A stretch of DNA of 64,000 nucleotides from Podarcis muralis (taxonomy: Eukaryota), in assembly GCF_964188315.1 (NCBI RefSeq), contig NC_135668.1, positions 23,250,001 through 23,314,000 of the forward strand, given 5' to 3'. Position 1 is the first letter of the stretch. Each line of letters starts with the position of its first letter. The notes beneath the pieces were generated by a model. That model was not told the origin of the DNA. It worked only from the letters and a program-made list of their open reading frames with translations, and ran no database searches. Of the stretch, positions 35,606-47,876 are shown piece by piece. Position numbers and translations under genes: made by a program.

Positions 35606-37329
35606 GCCTCCACCCCCTCTCTCAGGTTTCAGGGAGCCCCACAGGCAAGTAGGTGATCGCCCCACCATGTACATCTCTAGCGTAACCCAAAATTATTGGG
35701 ACAAATAACAAGGACATCTGTTTGATTCAGCAAAGCAATTTTTATGATAAATTGCATGTGAAAAGAAGCTATATTTTAATCTTTAAACATCTCCTATCCC
35801 TGCCATCAGCCTCCAGACCCATAAAGTCAATATAATCATAATATATTATTCAATACAGCATGTCAAAAACTCCCTTCTGGGAAAAATGGATTCAGCGTAC
35901 GGCTTTGCAAATAGAAGGCAAGCCGACACAATGCAACTCATTTGTCTCTAAAGCCTGTTAAGATCGTTGAGTTGCAGATCCCCAAGATAAGCAAGCTAAC
36001 ATTGTTCTCCTACTCATTCTTCTGTGGTCTCTGTGTTGAAGCCAAAATGTAATTTAGAGCTTTCATTTACATAGTCCTTTTTGTACTGCCATGTCTTTTT
36101 AAAAGCTGTCTAATGTATTTACCGACCCACGTTAGAAGCTTTTTGAAAGGGAGTGTTAGTGAGGTCAAGGCCTTGGCCGGCTGTTTCTTTCCAAATCAGA
36201 TAGGACTGTAGAGATATGTCAGCGCTCAGTATAAAATAAGATAAAACTCCCTGTGCACGCCACCCAAAACAATTGACTATTGGAATTATCAGCATGTAGA
36301 AGTGTGAGGAGGTGAAGCCAGTGGAAAAGTTGGCTCTGTGAGTGAAGATGCAAGGTGTCTAAATTGGGAAACATCACTACGCCATATGCAGCAGCATCAG
36401 TTCAGAGTTCAGACCTTCAGAATCGTTCCATTGAGACGGTCCAACTTGGCCTTGACCCAAGTAGCACAGAAACAAGTTGTGTCTTGCCAGCTCAGTGTCT
36501 GGATGCTTGTAACCTTTCTAAAAATAAAGGACTACTTCTGAGAGGAGCATGGCTCCTTCATTTTACTTATACCCTTAGGACTCTGAAAATGCAAGGAAAG
36601 CTGATAAGACATTCTTCAACTCGACTAAAGTTTATTCCGTGCATTTCCACACGGTCTATATTTAAACTGGTTTAGTACTTTTTTTCATCTCTCTGGGAAA
36701 CTCTTACTACTGGAATTCTGTGAGGGGGCCCTCCAGTTGTCAATTTTATTGTTCGTTTGTGATTTTTTGTCCTCATGATGCTGTTGGGGCGATCAGGCTC
36801 AGTTCTGCTTTCCCTACAGCTAAAGGCAGGACTTGGAAAGACCCTTTCCTGAAATGCTTTCCTGAAATCTTGCTGCCAGTCAATTATCTAATTCTGAGCT
36901 GATTTGTACAGGTGCTCACCTTGGACTCACAGAAGCTGTTCAGTCCAAGTTCCTAAGGCAATTTTTCTCCGTCCCATCCTGTGTTCCAAATGCTTCACTG
37001 CTCTTGGAGGCTAATCTTCCTTCTGTTGAATTACAGATTTGGCATAGGACATTTAATTATTGGTTTTGGCTGAATTTAACCCCCACCGGTCTATTAACCC
37101 TAGTATTGAGAGACCGTCGTGAAAGTGCCTGAGTGACTAAGTGTGACTAAGAGTGTCATCCAAAAGCTTTATTCCTCTGGCTTATCATCACAACAGTTAT
37201 TAACATTGGGCTTCAGCAAAGCAAAGAATGTAATTAGACAGCACCTATATGACATTGAACGACAGAATAATTTGCTCTCCATAAAGTAATTTAGTCCATG
37301 GTATGATTATTTTTCACCCAGTCTTCTTG

Positions 37330-37800
37330 ACACATTGGCACCATACTTGCAAAAGTTAACAGTTCTAAGATACAGATGTGCTTTCACTTATGCAAGACTG
37401 AACATACTGCCTTCAGCCGTACTTGAGGGTCGATTTCAAAAAATTCTGCTAGAAAACCATTTATGTCCATGTGGAGATGACAGTATTGAATCAGTAGCTC
37501 ATGTACTGCTAGACTGTGCTCTTTATAAAGATTTGAGGAGTGAGGTTATTACCCCTCTACTACTATCTATACCAGGCCGCTCAACCATCGCTACTGTGTC
37601 ATTTTTTTTGGCAAATAAAGATAACCAGGCAACAGCAAAAACTGCTAATTTTTAAGCAGCGGCAATTAGAATAAGATCTATTTAACTTTCTAACAATGCT
37701 CAGCTTTTTTTTTTTTTTTAAAAGAAAGCCTATTGGTTCACATGTTTTATCTGTGGCTAAAGGATCATGTATCAATTCTGTCATTTGCATTGATATAAAC
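37330..37800 (+). mobile_element. Non-LTR retrotransposon 3' fragment (probably RTE-X-like)
   Basis: ORF 37335-37655 RCAFTYARLNILPSAVLEGRF..HLCPCGDDSIESVAHVLLDCALYKDLRSEVITPLL has the C-terminal CxC-H-C knuckle of non-LTR ORF2 proteins; clade assignment is tentative. Confidence 0.65.
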
Positions 37801-37845
37801 CTCCACAACATATTCTGTATAGCTAACTATTTAGCTCTGTTCCCC

Positions 37846-38229
37846 GGGGGAGCGGGTGGCGTTGTGATCTAAACCACTGAGTCTCTTGGGCTTGCTGATC
37901 AGAAGGTCAGCGATTCGAATCCATGCAACGGGGTGAGCTCCTGTTGCTCTCTCCCAGCTTCTGCCAACCTAGCAGTTTGAAGGCACACCAGTGCAAGTAG
38001 ATAAATAGGAAGCGCTGTGGTGAGAAGGTAAACGGCATTTCCGTGTGTTCTGGTTTCTGTCACAGTGTTCCGTTGTGCCAGAAGGAGTTTAGTCATGCTG
38101 GCTACATGACCCAGAAAGCTGTCTGTGGACAAACACCGGCTCCGATGGCCTGAAGTGAGATGAGTGCTGCAACCCCATAGTCACCTTTGACTGGACTTCA
38201 CCATCCAGGGGTCCTTTACCTTTACCTTT
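37846..38229 (+). mobile_element. Sauria SINE (ctcttgggcttg subfamily)
   Basis: Head gggagcgggtggcgttgtgatctaaaccactgag, body, and a cctttacctttaccttt tail; no clear TSD. Confidence 0.88.
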
Positions 38230-39539
38230 TCCTATCCCCAGTACCATATATTTTATCTTATTGCTATGGCAAGTGGCTAATGCAAATAAAGTTCCTATGT
38301 ATCATCTATCTATCATCTAGCTAGCTAGCTATCTAGCTATCATATGTCTAGCTATCAATTCTGAGCTAAATGGACTAATACAAGGGCTTTCAGTGTGGTT
38401 GCCCCTGTTCTGTGGAACAGCATTCCTGTCAAGATACGACAGGCCCCTACTGTCTACACTTTCCAGAAACAACTGAATATTTTTTTTTCTTCTGAATACT
38501 TTTCCCACAGCTGGATGAAGAATTCTCTGCCATGGGTGTCCATTTCGTTTTTAAATTTATCTTCTGTTATATATTTGTGCTGCCATATTGCTATGAAAGT
38601 TGATAGCAATATTAATGCTTCCTGTGCTCCTAACTTCTGCTTTTTCTTCTTCATTAAATTTATATACACCCCTTCGTCAGAAAACCGCAGGGTAGTTTAC
38701 AAAATGCAACCCGTGTCACTGTGTGTTATATCTGTGCAACATACAAATCAAAACAATTATATGAATGCAACTCTAATACTAAACATTATATAACAAAACA
38801 CAGATTCTCATTAACAGCAGCAGCATAAAAAATGATGAGAGGAGAAAATAAGCAGCAAAAAAGCAGCAGTTCCCAGTCGCTTGTCACAGGACCACAGGCA
38901 AAGAGATATAGGAGAGGAGCCCTTTAGCCCAAGCAGCTCTCAAAATAATAAAATACCTACAGAGTGGGAGGTTCAGGAGACAGATAAACTCTGCTGCCAG
39001 CTGCCAGGTGTTCCCCTCCCCCTGCTCCTGTCTGCATCAGCCTTTGTGTTTGAATGCTGTGGGCTTCGAAGCACCAGTGACTCTTTATGATGAATTCCAT
39101 GATAATCTCTTGCTCAGAAGTCTTGCTTAAGACTCGTGTTTAGTCCCATCATCTTTCCCTTCTCCCTTCTTTTGGCACTGCCTCCTTGTCTCCATCCAAA
39201 ATTCTTTATTGATACAGATGGTTTGGGCAAACTGGAAAAGAAGGAAGTCTCTGAGTTCATCTTAAAATACTGAATGAAAAGCTGACTTTCGAAACTCTGC
39301 AAAGTTTGCAGAGCAGTTGTCCTTGGTACATTTTTAGCTGCGGGCGGTTTTATTTATTTTTTATTTATTGAATTTACATCCTCCCCGCTCAAGGAGCCCA
39401 GGGTGACAAACAGATCTATAATTTAAAAACAAAAACGAAGCAAAAACATTCTAAAACAGTTTAAAACATTCTAAAAGCAACTACAATTTTAAACTTCTAA
39501 AAGCAGTTATATTTAAAAAACATTCTATAAGCGATTTTC

Positions 39540-39631
39540 GGCCTGAAAAGCGAGATGAGCGCCACACCCCATAGTCGCCTTTAACTGGACTTAACCATCC
39601 AGGGGTCCTTTACGTTTTCCTTTACCTTACC
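39540..39631 (+). mobile_element. Sauria SINE 3' fragment
   Basis: gcgagatgagcgccacaccccatagtcgcctttaactggac..ggggtcctttac..tttacc tail. Confidence 0.8.
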
Positions 39632-40619
39632 ATGGATAAATAATCTGAACTTTGGCCTTACTTTTCACTCTAGGCATTAGCATCCTAATTGCAGTGCCTG
39701 AGCCTTCGTTAAGGATTTTCCTGATCAGCCCTCAAAATATTTAACAGTAACTGAAATGTTGAGCAGGGAAATGAATTTTCATTTCCACTTGATTTCTAAG
39801 CAAGCAGAAGCAGCCTACACCTCCTATACTCTCTAGGGTTGTCAGAGGGTGGGATTGTTTTGGAATGTGGACATCAGCACATCAAAGCTGAGTAAACATT
39901 AAGATGATGCTCTACTTCCTCTGCTTTGGCTAATCCCATAATTGAAGGGGCCACTGTGTCATGCCAGATCTGTGGCGTTTATTAACTTGCTCTTGGGTCT
40001 GGAGAGGGAAGAGGAGGGATTGTTTTAATGGGATAATGAGTGTCCTGCTGTACAAAGAGCAGATGTCAAAATGAAAGAGGGTTTTTCCTGCTTATCTTGC
40101 TTTCACTCTGCCCTGGTCCCCTGTTATGACTTGGTGGGGGGCAGTTTGATGAAGATAAGCACATATATACATATGCTGACTTTCTTTAAAATACGGAGGA
40201 AAGGATTCAGGCAGGGCTTTCCAAGCATTAGGATAATAGCTCTTTCCTGTCAAAGAATTGATCACCACCTTGGTCCAACCAGCTTCATCTCCTTGTTGGA
40301 TTTTGTAAACCAAGTGCATGAATCTAACAAAGCCATTTGTCCAAATCTTCATGTTGTGCTATCTGAAACTTTACCATTATTGTTCAGATTTGGATTTGTG
40401 TTTTTTTGTTTTGTTTTTTTAAAAAGATTTCTTACCTGCTATTCACCATGAAGTTCTGGGACGGTTTACTACAATTTTAAAAATACAATGGGTTGTTAGT
40501 CCTACTCAGAGTAGATCTATTGAAATTGATGGACATGAATACCAGGTTCAGTGGCTGGTTGGTTTTCAGCTAAGGTTTATTCTGGGTAGACCCATTAATG
40601 ATCCTAACTTAGCCATTTT

Positions 40620-40827
40620 CAGTGGTACCTTGGGTTACAGACGCTTCAGGTTACAGACTCCGCTAACCCAGAAATAGTACCTTGGGTTAAGAACTTTGCT
40701 TCAGGTTGAGAAAAGAAATCACGTGGTGGCCGCAGGAGGCCCCCATTAGGTTCCTCAGGTTAAGAACAGTTTCAGGTTAAGAACGGACCTCCAGAACGAA
40801 TTAAGTTCTTAACCCGAGGTACCACTG
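40620..40827 (+). mobile_element. Tigger/pogo-like MITE
   Basis: Both TIRs present; TA on the right (40828-40829) but TT on the left. Confidence 0.87.
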
Positions 40828-40903
40828 TAGAACTTTGTTGCATACAATTCAATGTTATAAACAGTTAAAACAGATTACAGTCAAGCTGTGGTCCTAAAAA
40901 TAT

Positions 40904-41432
40904 TGTTATGAGTTTGTGAGTGCCAGATACCTATAATTCCTGGACCCAGTAAGTGTTAGAATTTAATCAATGCTCGGAGTGTTAAACTAGGTGTCGAACA
41001 CTGAACCCTTGGATTCAGCAGTTTCCTGATGAGGTAGTTGCCTGGGAGAGAAGCCATTCAGAAAACAGAGGAAAGGTCAGACAGCAAATGCATGGGGCCC
41101 CCTCACTCAATTCACAACTCCTAGTCAGTGAGAAGAAGAAGAAGGCAGCGTTTGAATTACAGTTTTAAAGGTATAATCTAGGAGGGGGGAAAGTTGCAGG
41201 CGGGTAAAGGCAGCAAGCTGGAGAGAGGGTCAGAGCACAATGGTTGATTTTTTAATGAATGAATCCTGCCATGGGATAAACAAGACCCCCGTGGACTGTT
41301 AATGCTATGATCCCCTCCATCATAGGCTCAGGTTGTATATATGTGTAAATAAACCATATGTCATAAAGACACCACAGTCTCTGCTGTGCCTCATTTCCAA
41401 AAGGAAACACAGACTCTGGGTAAGTGCATTCA
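40904..41432 (+). mobile_element. Possible degraded solo LTR
   Basis: Begins tgttatg; has TATA-like tgtatatatg followed by aataaa and aagacaccacagtctctgctgtgcctcattt, resembling recalled lacertid LTR sequence. No CA end or TSD found. Confidence 0.35.
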
Positions 41433-41589
41433 GCATTCAGCAATACTAGACTGTGCAGTATTCTGGAGGCCTAAACAGACTGACCTGCCATAATTCTAGA
41501 ATCTAAGTTATGGAAGACAGAAGCAAATTTACCCTGAATTCTGACACCACACTAGGTCCTTGGTCCTTCTGTGCATTTCATATGTTAAA

Positions 41590-41930
41590 AGAAAGTACTT
41601 CTTCACACAGTACGTAGTTAAACTATGGAATTTGTTCCCACAAGAGATAATGACGACCACAAAGCTGGATGGCTTTAAAAGAGGATTAGACAAAATTCAT
41701 GGATGAGAGGGTTATTAATGGCCACTGGCCATGTTGGCTGTGTTCTGCCTGCACTCTTGGAGTGGAGTATGGCTGAATACCAGTTGCTTGAAACTGCAGG
41801 AAGGGATATTGCTTTTGGGTTCAAGTCCTGTTTTTGGGATTCCCATAGGCATATTTTTGACCACTGTGAGGACAGGATGGACCTGGACTAGATGAACTCT
41901 CACTTGATGCAGAAGGACCGCTCTTATGTC
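41590..41930 (+). mobile_element. Old CR1 LINE 3' fragment
   Basis: gtagttaaactatggaatttgttcccacaagag..ggatggctttaaaagaggattagacaaaattcatggatgag encodes the degenerate CR1 ORF2 end, followed by 3' UTR. Confidence 0.7.
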
Positions 41931-43128
41931 CTAATGTCACAGTTTATGGTGATGGATCTGTGGTAGTGGGCACACCACATCCAAAGCATTTCCTTGCAGG
42001 CATGAATTTGGACATTGGGCACATTTACTGTAATAGAATTTTAAAAATCACTGGTAGAAAAGTTTGTGCCTAGTTTTTAGCCCTGCAAAGGAATCTTCAT
42101 CGTCTACGTAGTTTAGAATTGGTAAAGGCTTTATTTGTTTCCAGTGTGGTTTTCATTAACTATAGTGACAAAGACAATTGTTGCTAAGGACACCAGTTTC
42201 CTTTCATGGAAGTGAAATCATAATACAAACCAGAATTTGGCATCCTGTTGTCTAACCAAAGTTGGGACAAACTGATCTGTGTCAGCAGATGTTAACCCCT
42301 TGTTCTTGCTGAGGTTGAATTCTGAGAGGAGGTTTCAATTTATGGATCCAAAGGGTACTTCTCTGAAATTCCAGAGCATAGAGCCAGTTAACACAGAAGC
42401 CCATAGGTGAGCTTACATGTGGTCAGAAGCTTTTGGGTGACTGTTGCAGCTTTTAACTCTGATAGCTAAAAAGTAACCATACAGAGCCCCTGACTGCCCA
42501 TTTCTCCTAACCATCTACACTTTCAGCTGCAGATTTGGTCTACAGCTATTTGCTCCGGTTGGTGGCTGGACTCCTTCCTTTATTCCCGACGAGCTGGGTG
42601 ACTGAGCAGCCTCGCACCTAGATTTTTCTGTAACAAGATAGCAGCCTCCTGAAATAGCAGAGGGGAATCAAGGAAGTTGCAGTGAAATTGACTATCCTGT
42701 GACTTCCTTGTTCTTGTCCGCTGCTACAAAAACCAGATACTGCCATAGGGCGGGTGAATGAGTGGTCAGCTGCACCAAGAGAAGACTGAAATTGAGCTCT
42801 GTATGATTAATAATCGCAACTGATAGCTGTGACAGTCGACTCAGAGATTCTTTCGCAAAATACAGTGTGAACTGGCCCATGGAGTTCTTTGAGGTTCTTG
42901 GAAGGGGAAGCTTATCTGTGGCTATACTGGTCTAGTTAAAGTTATTGCTTCTTTACCTATTTTGCGTCTTTCACCCCACCCCCAAAGAATTAGAGTTTTC
43001 CTTGACAAATTAAAAGTAGCAGTTAATTTTTCATTAATTGACTTGCTAACAGCGCTGATTACATGATTCTTGGCTGTCAACAGGAGCTCCTGCAAATAAT
43101 CATTAAAGGATTAATGGAGGGGGAACAG

Positions 43129-43462
43129 CAGGGGTCAGCAACCTTTATCAGCCGTGGGCCGGTCCACCGTCCCTCAGACCATGTGATGGGCCGGACTATA
43201 TATTTTTTTCGGGGGGGGGGGGGGGGAATGAACAAATTCCTATGCCCCACAAATAATCCAGAGATGCATTTTAAATAAAAGCACACATTCTGCTCATGTA
43301 AAAACACCAGGCAGACCCCACAAATAACCCAGAGGTGCATTTTAAATAAAAGGACACATTCTACTCATGGAAAAACACGCTGATTCCCGGACCGTCCGCG
43401 GGCCGGATTGAGAAGGCGATTGGGCCACATCCGGCCCATGGGCCTTAGGTTGCCTACCTCTG
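43129..43462 (+). mobile_element. hAT MITE, uninterrupted copy of the family at position 1
   Basis: caggggtcagcaacc ... ggttgcctacctctg; perfect 8-bp TSD gggaacag (43121-43128, 43463-43470). Confidence 0.93.
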
Positions 43463-44519
43463 GGGAACAGCATTAGCCTTTACATCCACCAGCATTTGAT
43501 GTATCACCTCTGCAATTAGGCAATGTCCTCATGGTCTGGCTGTGTTGCTTTGCGAAATTGTAAAGGGCTCCTTGCAGTGCTAAGCAGAGTCCTTTTTAGC
43601 TGGCAGTAGAGTCAGCAGCTGCAAAATGTTTACATGTAACAACTGGGATAAACCCATTTTTTAATAGTTGCGTGCAGTTTTTCTGTTCAAGTCTAGATAG
43701 CATCATATGTTCAAACTCAAACTCAGAAGTTACATGCTGCAATTACGCAATTTCCCTCGGGGAGTAATTTTTAAAGGAACCCTGCCAATACTTGAAAATA
43801 TAGCGCTGATGTTGCTTTGGCTGGGCATCTGATGCTCCTGTGTCGGGGTTGTTTTTAACATTAAATCATGCTGGTTTTTGGAAATGAGTGAATTGGCTTA
43901 GGTATCATCTGTAAGACAAGAACTGTATCAAGGAAGACCCTCTCCCCCGCTCCACACCCCCAGCTCCAGATTAAACTAAATTGCAATAGTTGGTGCGGTT
44001 ACATACACTGGATATCATACAGTAAACCTTGCACAACAGTGGCTGAATTTGGAATTGATCAAACACCAAAGGAACACCAACTTTGGCTTCTCCCGCTGAT
44101 TCACTTCCACATAAGCTGATTTAAAATGTGGCCTCTGGTGTATTTTTCCCCCCAAAAAAAGATTTCCCAACCAAGCCTGTAGAGACACACACACACCACA
44201 ATTGTTCAGACCAAATATATAAATTGATTAATTGGAGCCATTTATTCAACTCCATATAAGCATGACTTTAAAAGGCATAAGACCTTTAAAAGCCATCCTC
44301 AGCTTGAAAAGCCCACAGCTCTCCAAACTGCGAAACATGGGACTCTTAAGAGGCAAGCTAGACATAATGTTAATATTCTCTCCCCCCCTCTCTTTAAATA
44401 GCACCAGGTCCCAGCTGGTATCTTAAAAACTGAAAATTAATGTTGTCAAGTATTTCTGTAGATAATTGCCTTGTAAACCTAGTTGTGGCCTGAGAGCCCA
44501 TCCCTTTTGTGTAAGAGTA

Positions 44520-44739
44520 CAGTGGTACCTCATGTTAAGAACTTAATTCGTTCTGGAGGTCCGTTCTTAACCTGAAACTGTTCTTAACCTGAGGTACCAC
44601 TTTAGCTAATGGAGCCTGCCGCTGCGCCGCCGCCACACAATTTCTTTTCTCATCCTGAAGCAAAGTTCTTAACCCGAGGTACTATTTCTGGGTTAGCAGA
44701 GTCTGTAACCTGAAGCGTCTGTAACCCAAGGTACCACTG
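44520..44739 (-). mobile_element. Tigger/pogo-like MITE
   Basis: TIRs and TA on both sides (44518-44519, 44740-44741). Confidence 0.9.
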
Positions 44740-45217
44740 TACCTACAAGTGTGACTTGCAGTTTTTAAAAGTTGCAGGAAAACTTTTTCTGTCTTCTGGT
44801 CTCCCTTCTCCAGGTTCTGCTGAGATGGGTAAAGTACAGGTAATCATTATCCAATCATGGGTCTGTCTTTTTTCTGAATTGAGTGGCCACTAAAGTATTC
44901 TCCACCTTATTCTCTGAGGATCTTACCAGAGATTTGTGCTAGATGTTTCCCCACTACTATACCAGAGGAATCCTAGACCTGCAGAGTTGAGAAGGGCCAC
45001 GAGGGTCAAGGAAGAGAATGAAGCCTATGTGTTGGTAGTGTTGCTCAGGCAAAGCACTTTTGGTCTTGGACAGCCCTTCTGCATTGCTGGATACTTTCTT
45101 ATTGAACAAGTGGTTTAACTGACCTGCATAACTGTGCACACACTTGTGTACAGTCCTTACTTCTCCACTTTGTGTGTGAGACATTTTGCCCCAGGGGAGT
45201 AATTTTAAAATGGCATG

Positions 45218-45507
45218 TGTTAAGTTGTGGGCGAACATATCAGACGACACAGCGATTCTTCCAAAGCAGCTCTTTATTTGTAAGCTGGAACAGAACTGAA
45301 CTGAGGAGCTCAGCCTGCTTATATAGAGCTCCAGAACAACGTAACTGTTGCAACTTTCTAAAACTTATCCAATCACTGAATGTCACTTTCAATCCTTCAT
45401 TTGCATACAAACTATCCAATCACTGAACGTCACTTTCGATCCTTCATTTATATAACTATCTACAGTATCCCCCTGCTGGCCCAGGGTGAGAACTTCAGTA
45501 CATAACA
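45218..45507 (-). mobile_element. 3' LTR (290 bp) of a Ty3/Gypsy retrotransposon
   Basis: TGTTA...TAACA inverted termini; on the minus strand TATATAA (45319-45325) then AATAAA (45273-45278); two 47-bp CCAAT-containing tandem repeats; polypurine tract ggggagggg (45508-45516) directly abuts it. Confidence 0.88.
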
Positions 45508-45620
45508 CCCCTCCCCACCGAGATAAGGCGTTAGTTACAATCGTAATGGTTTCCTTATATACAGCACTACACGTAATGGTCCAATTAGGCACAAAAGCAT
45601 ATTGGTTACATTTCACATAC

Positions 45621-46778
45621 TTAGACCAACAGTGATACATGTCCAACAACATAGTCCTTTAAATAAGTTGGGCGCTTGGAAACTCTGCCAGACCGCCGGG
45701 GACTGGTAGCCAAGTCCGGGGGGCCACACAATTCTTGCTGAGGCTGTGGTGCGACCCTAGGTGGCGTTGAAACCAAATCCCCTGGATCCGCTGCTGTGGG
45801 TGGAGCCTCCGCAAGTGGAGTTGGCGGAATGTCAGGCACGGCAGTGGTCTGAGTCTGTGGTAAGTCTGGCAGACCCTCTGAAGCGGCTTGGTTCAGCTCC
45901 ACGCCAGCAGTTTGCGAGAGAGGTGTAGGTGGAGCCTCACCATCTGTAAGTGTCTGTTCCAGAGCCACGAGCGCAGTTGGGGGCACCACGGTAGTGTCCA
46001 AGTCCCCAACCCTGCGCCTAAACTGGTCTATGTGCCGGCGCCACAAGCGTCCGTCTTCGAGTGCCACCTGGTACGAGCGAGGTCCAGTGACTCTCACTAC
46101 TGTGGCTGGCACCCAAGGAATGTCCCCCACAAAGTTCCGGGCAAAGACCTGGTTTCCTGGAACAAATGACCGTGGCGCATTGGCACAGCCTGGGGGTTCG
46201 GCCACAGCAAAGTCTGGGTGCAGCCGGTCGAGCGGGGATCTGAGGCGGCGGCCCATAAGCAGTTCGGCAGGGCTCTGCCCTGTGGCCGCATGAGGGGTGA
46301 TGTGTTGTATGAACAAGTATTCGGCGACCCGCTCGTGCCAGTCTCCCCGGTCCTGGTGCGCCAGTGCCTCTTTTGCCGAGCGCACCATTCTCTCTGCTTG
46401 CCCATTGCTGGATGGATGAAATGGTGCCGTTAGGACATGGCGGATGCCCAGTCCCCAAAGATAGCGCTCAAAAGTGCCTGACGTGAACTGTGGTCCGTTG
46501 TCGGAGAGAAGGACATCAGGACACCCATGCGTCGCAAAGAGGCCTTGCAGCACCCGGATGACGGCCTCGGTAGTGGTGAAGGGCATCAGGGCCACCTCCA
46601 GCCATTTGGAATAGGCGTCTACCACTACCATAAATGTCTGGCCGTGAAAGGGGCCGGCCAGATCGATGTGTACCTTCGACCAGGGTGTCTTGGGCATCTC
46701 CCAGGTGTGTCCCTTAGCTGCCGGTGGCGCAGGCCTCGATTCTTGGCACGCTTGACAGGTGGAAACCCAAGCAGTGAT
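45621..46778 (-). mobile_element. Ty3/Gypsy pol 3' fragment: integrase with intact DDE triad (Mag / K02A2.6-like)
   Basis: The frame is open from 46778 to the stop at 45621: ITAWVSTCQACQ (CC half of the HHCC finger), WSKVHIDLAGP, VVVDAYSKW, SDNGPQF, HPSSNGQAER, then a Pro/Thr/Ala-rich tail ending RRSGRVSKRPTYLKDYV. Confidence 0.95.
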
Positions 46779-47876
46779 GGCATCCTTACTGCTCTCTCCC
46801 TGGGGTGAAAGGGTGAATTACTGGTTTTTGTCTGCATCTCAGAGAACAGCCTCTGAACTGAAAGGAAGCTGCCCAGCTAAAACACTTCTTATCACCTGCT
46901 GACACACAAGAGGAATTATTTGAACATATTGCCCCCTCCCCCAAGTCTTAAGAAAATCTTTTCCAAGGACTTAGGGCTAATAGGGACATATTTCTAAAAG
47001 ACTTAATGGTAAAAATGGACCCATGGTCAGTTGTTTCATAGTATTATTATTCATGCACCCAGTATATTTAACTTTTATTATTCATTGTCCTATTTGTGTT
47101 ATTGTCCGTTGTCTCCTTATTACATACAGTATATTTTTTAACATTGCAAGTATATGTTAATATTTATGGGTCATTTTGCTGATTGTGTTCTTCCATATAG
47201 GAGCCCTGATGTTCAGTTTTGTCCTCTGGATGCTGTAACAAACACCTCATCATGTAATTAATTAACTATACCAGATACCCATATAAGCCTATAATTCTCA
47301 TGTAAGCCTGAATTTCAGCTTTCCTTGTACACCACCCCCTTAATCGCTGGCAATTTTCACTTATTTTCTTTTAGCACATAAAGAGTATGATGGCCAAACT
47401 TTTCCCACCAAAGGTTTCGAAAACTGCAAAACAGCAGAACATGATGGAAAGTTGCCACATAGAGGCCCCTGCATTGTACTTGGCTTTTTAATTAAGTGTT
47501 AGTTTATTGGCAAAAGGTAGAAGATTTTCTACTCAACTGCATCTTCCAAAAAAGGGTAAACTATCTGCCCCCTTTTTAACATGCCAGTTAAGAAGGGCTT
47601 AAAATTGGTTCTTTACTGAGAACATGTCCAAAAGACTCTGAAGCTGAATTGTGCTAAAACAAGGGGTGTTGCTATGCTGCGTGCCGGCTTATTTCAATCT
47701 GATAGGATATAGCTCTCATTATAGAAGGGGTTTGATTTGGCACCAAGCATGCTGGCATGTGTTAAGCACGTTGTGTAGCTGGGCTCACACCATAGGTGAA
47801 AAGCCCTTTGGGGCTACTCTAAAATTCTGTGTCTGCTTTTCCCCCAAGATACTGCTCCAAAAAAGAATAAGGATGA

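Noticed and set aside
40071-40451. Protein-like frames on both strands (e.g. GQFDEDKHIYTYADFL; GWTKVVINSLTGKSYY)
   Set aside because: I could not match them to any family; the frames are interrupted by stops and have no convincing splice sites. A blastx search would settle it.
45888-46837. Several overlapping ORFs on both strands over the integrase
   Set aside because: Shadow ORFs caused by high GC content and the open frame on the minus strand.
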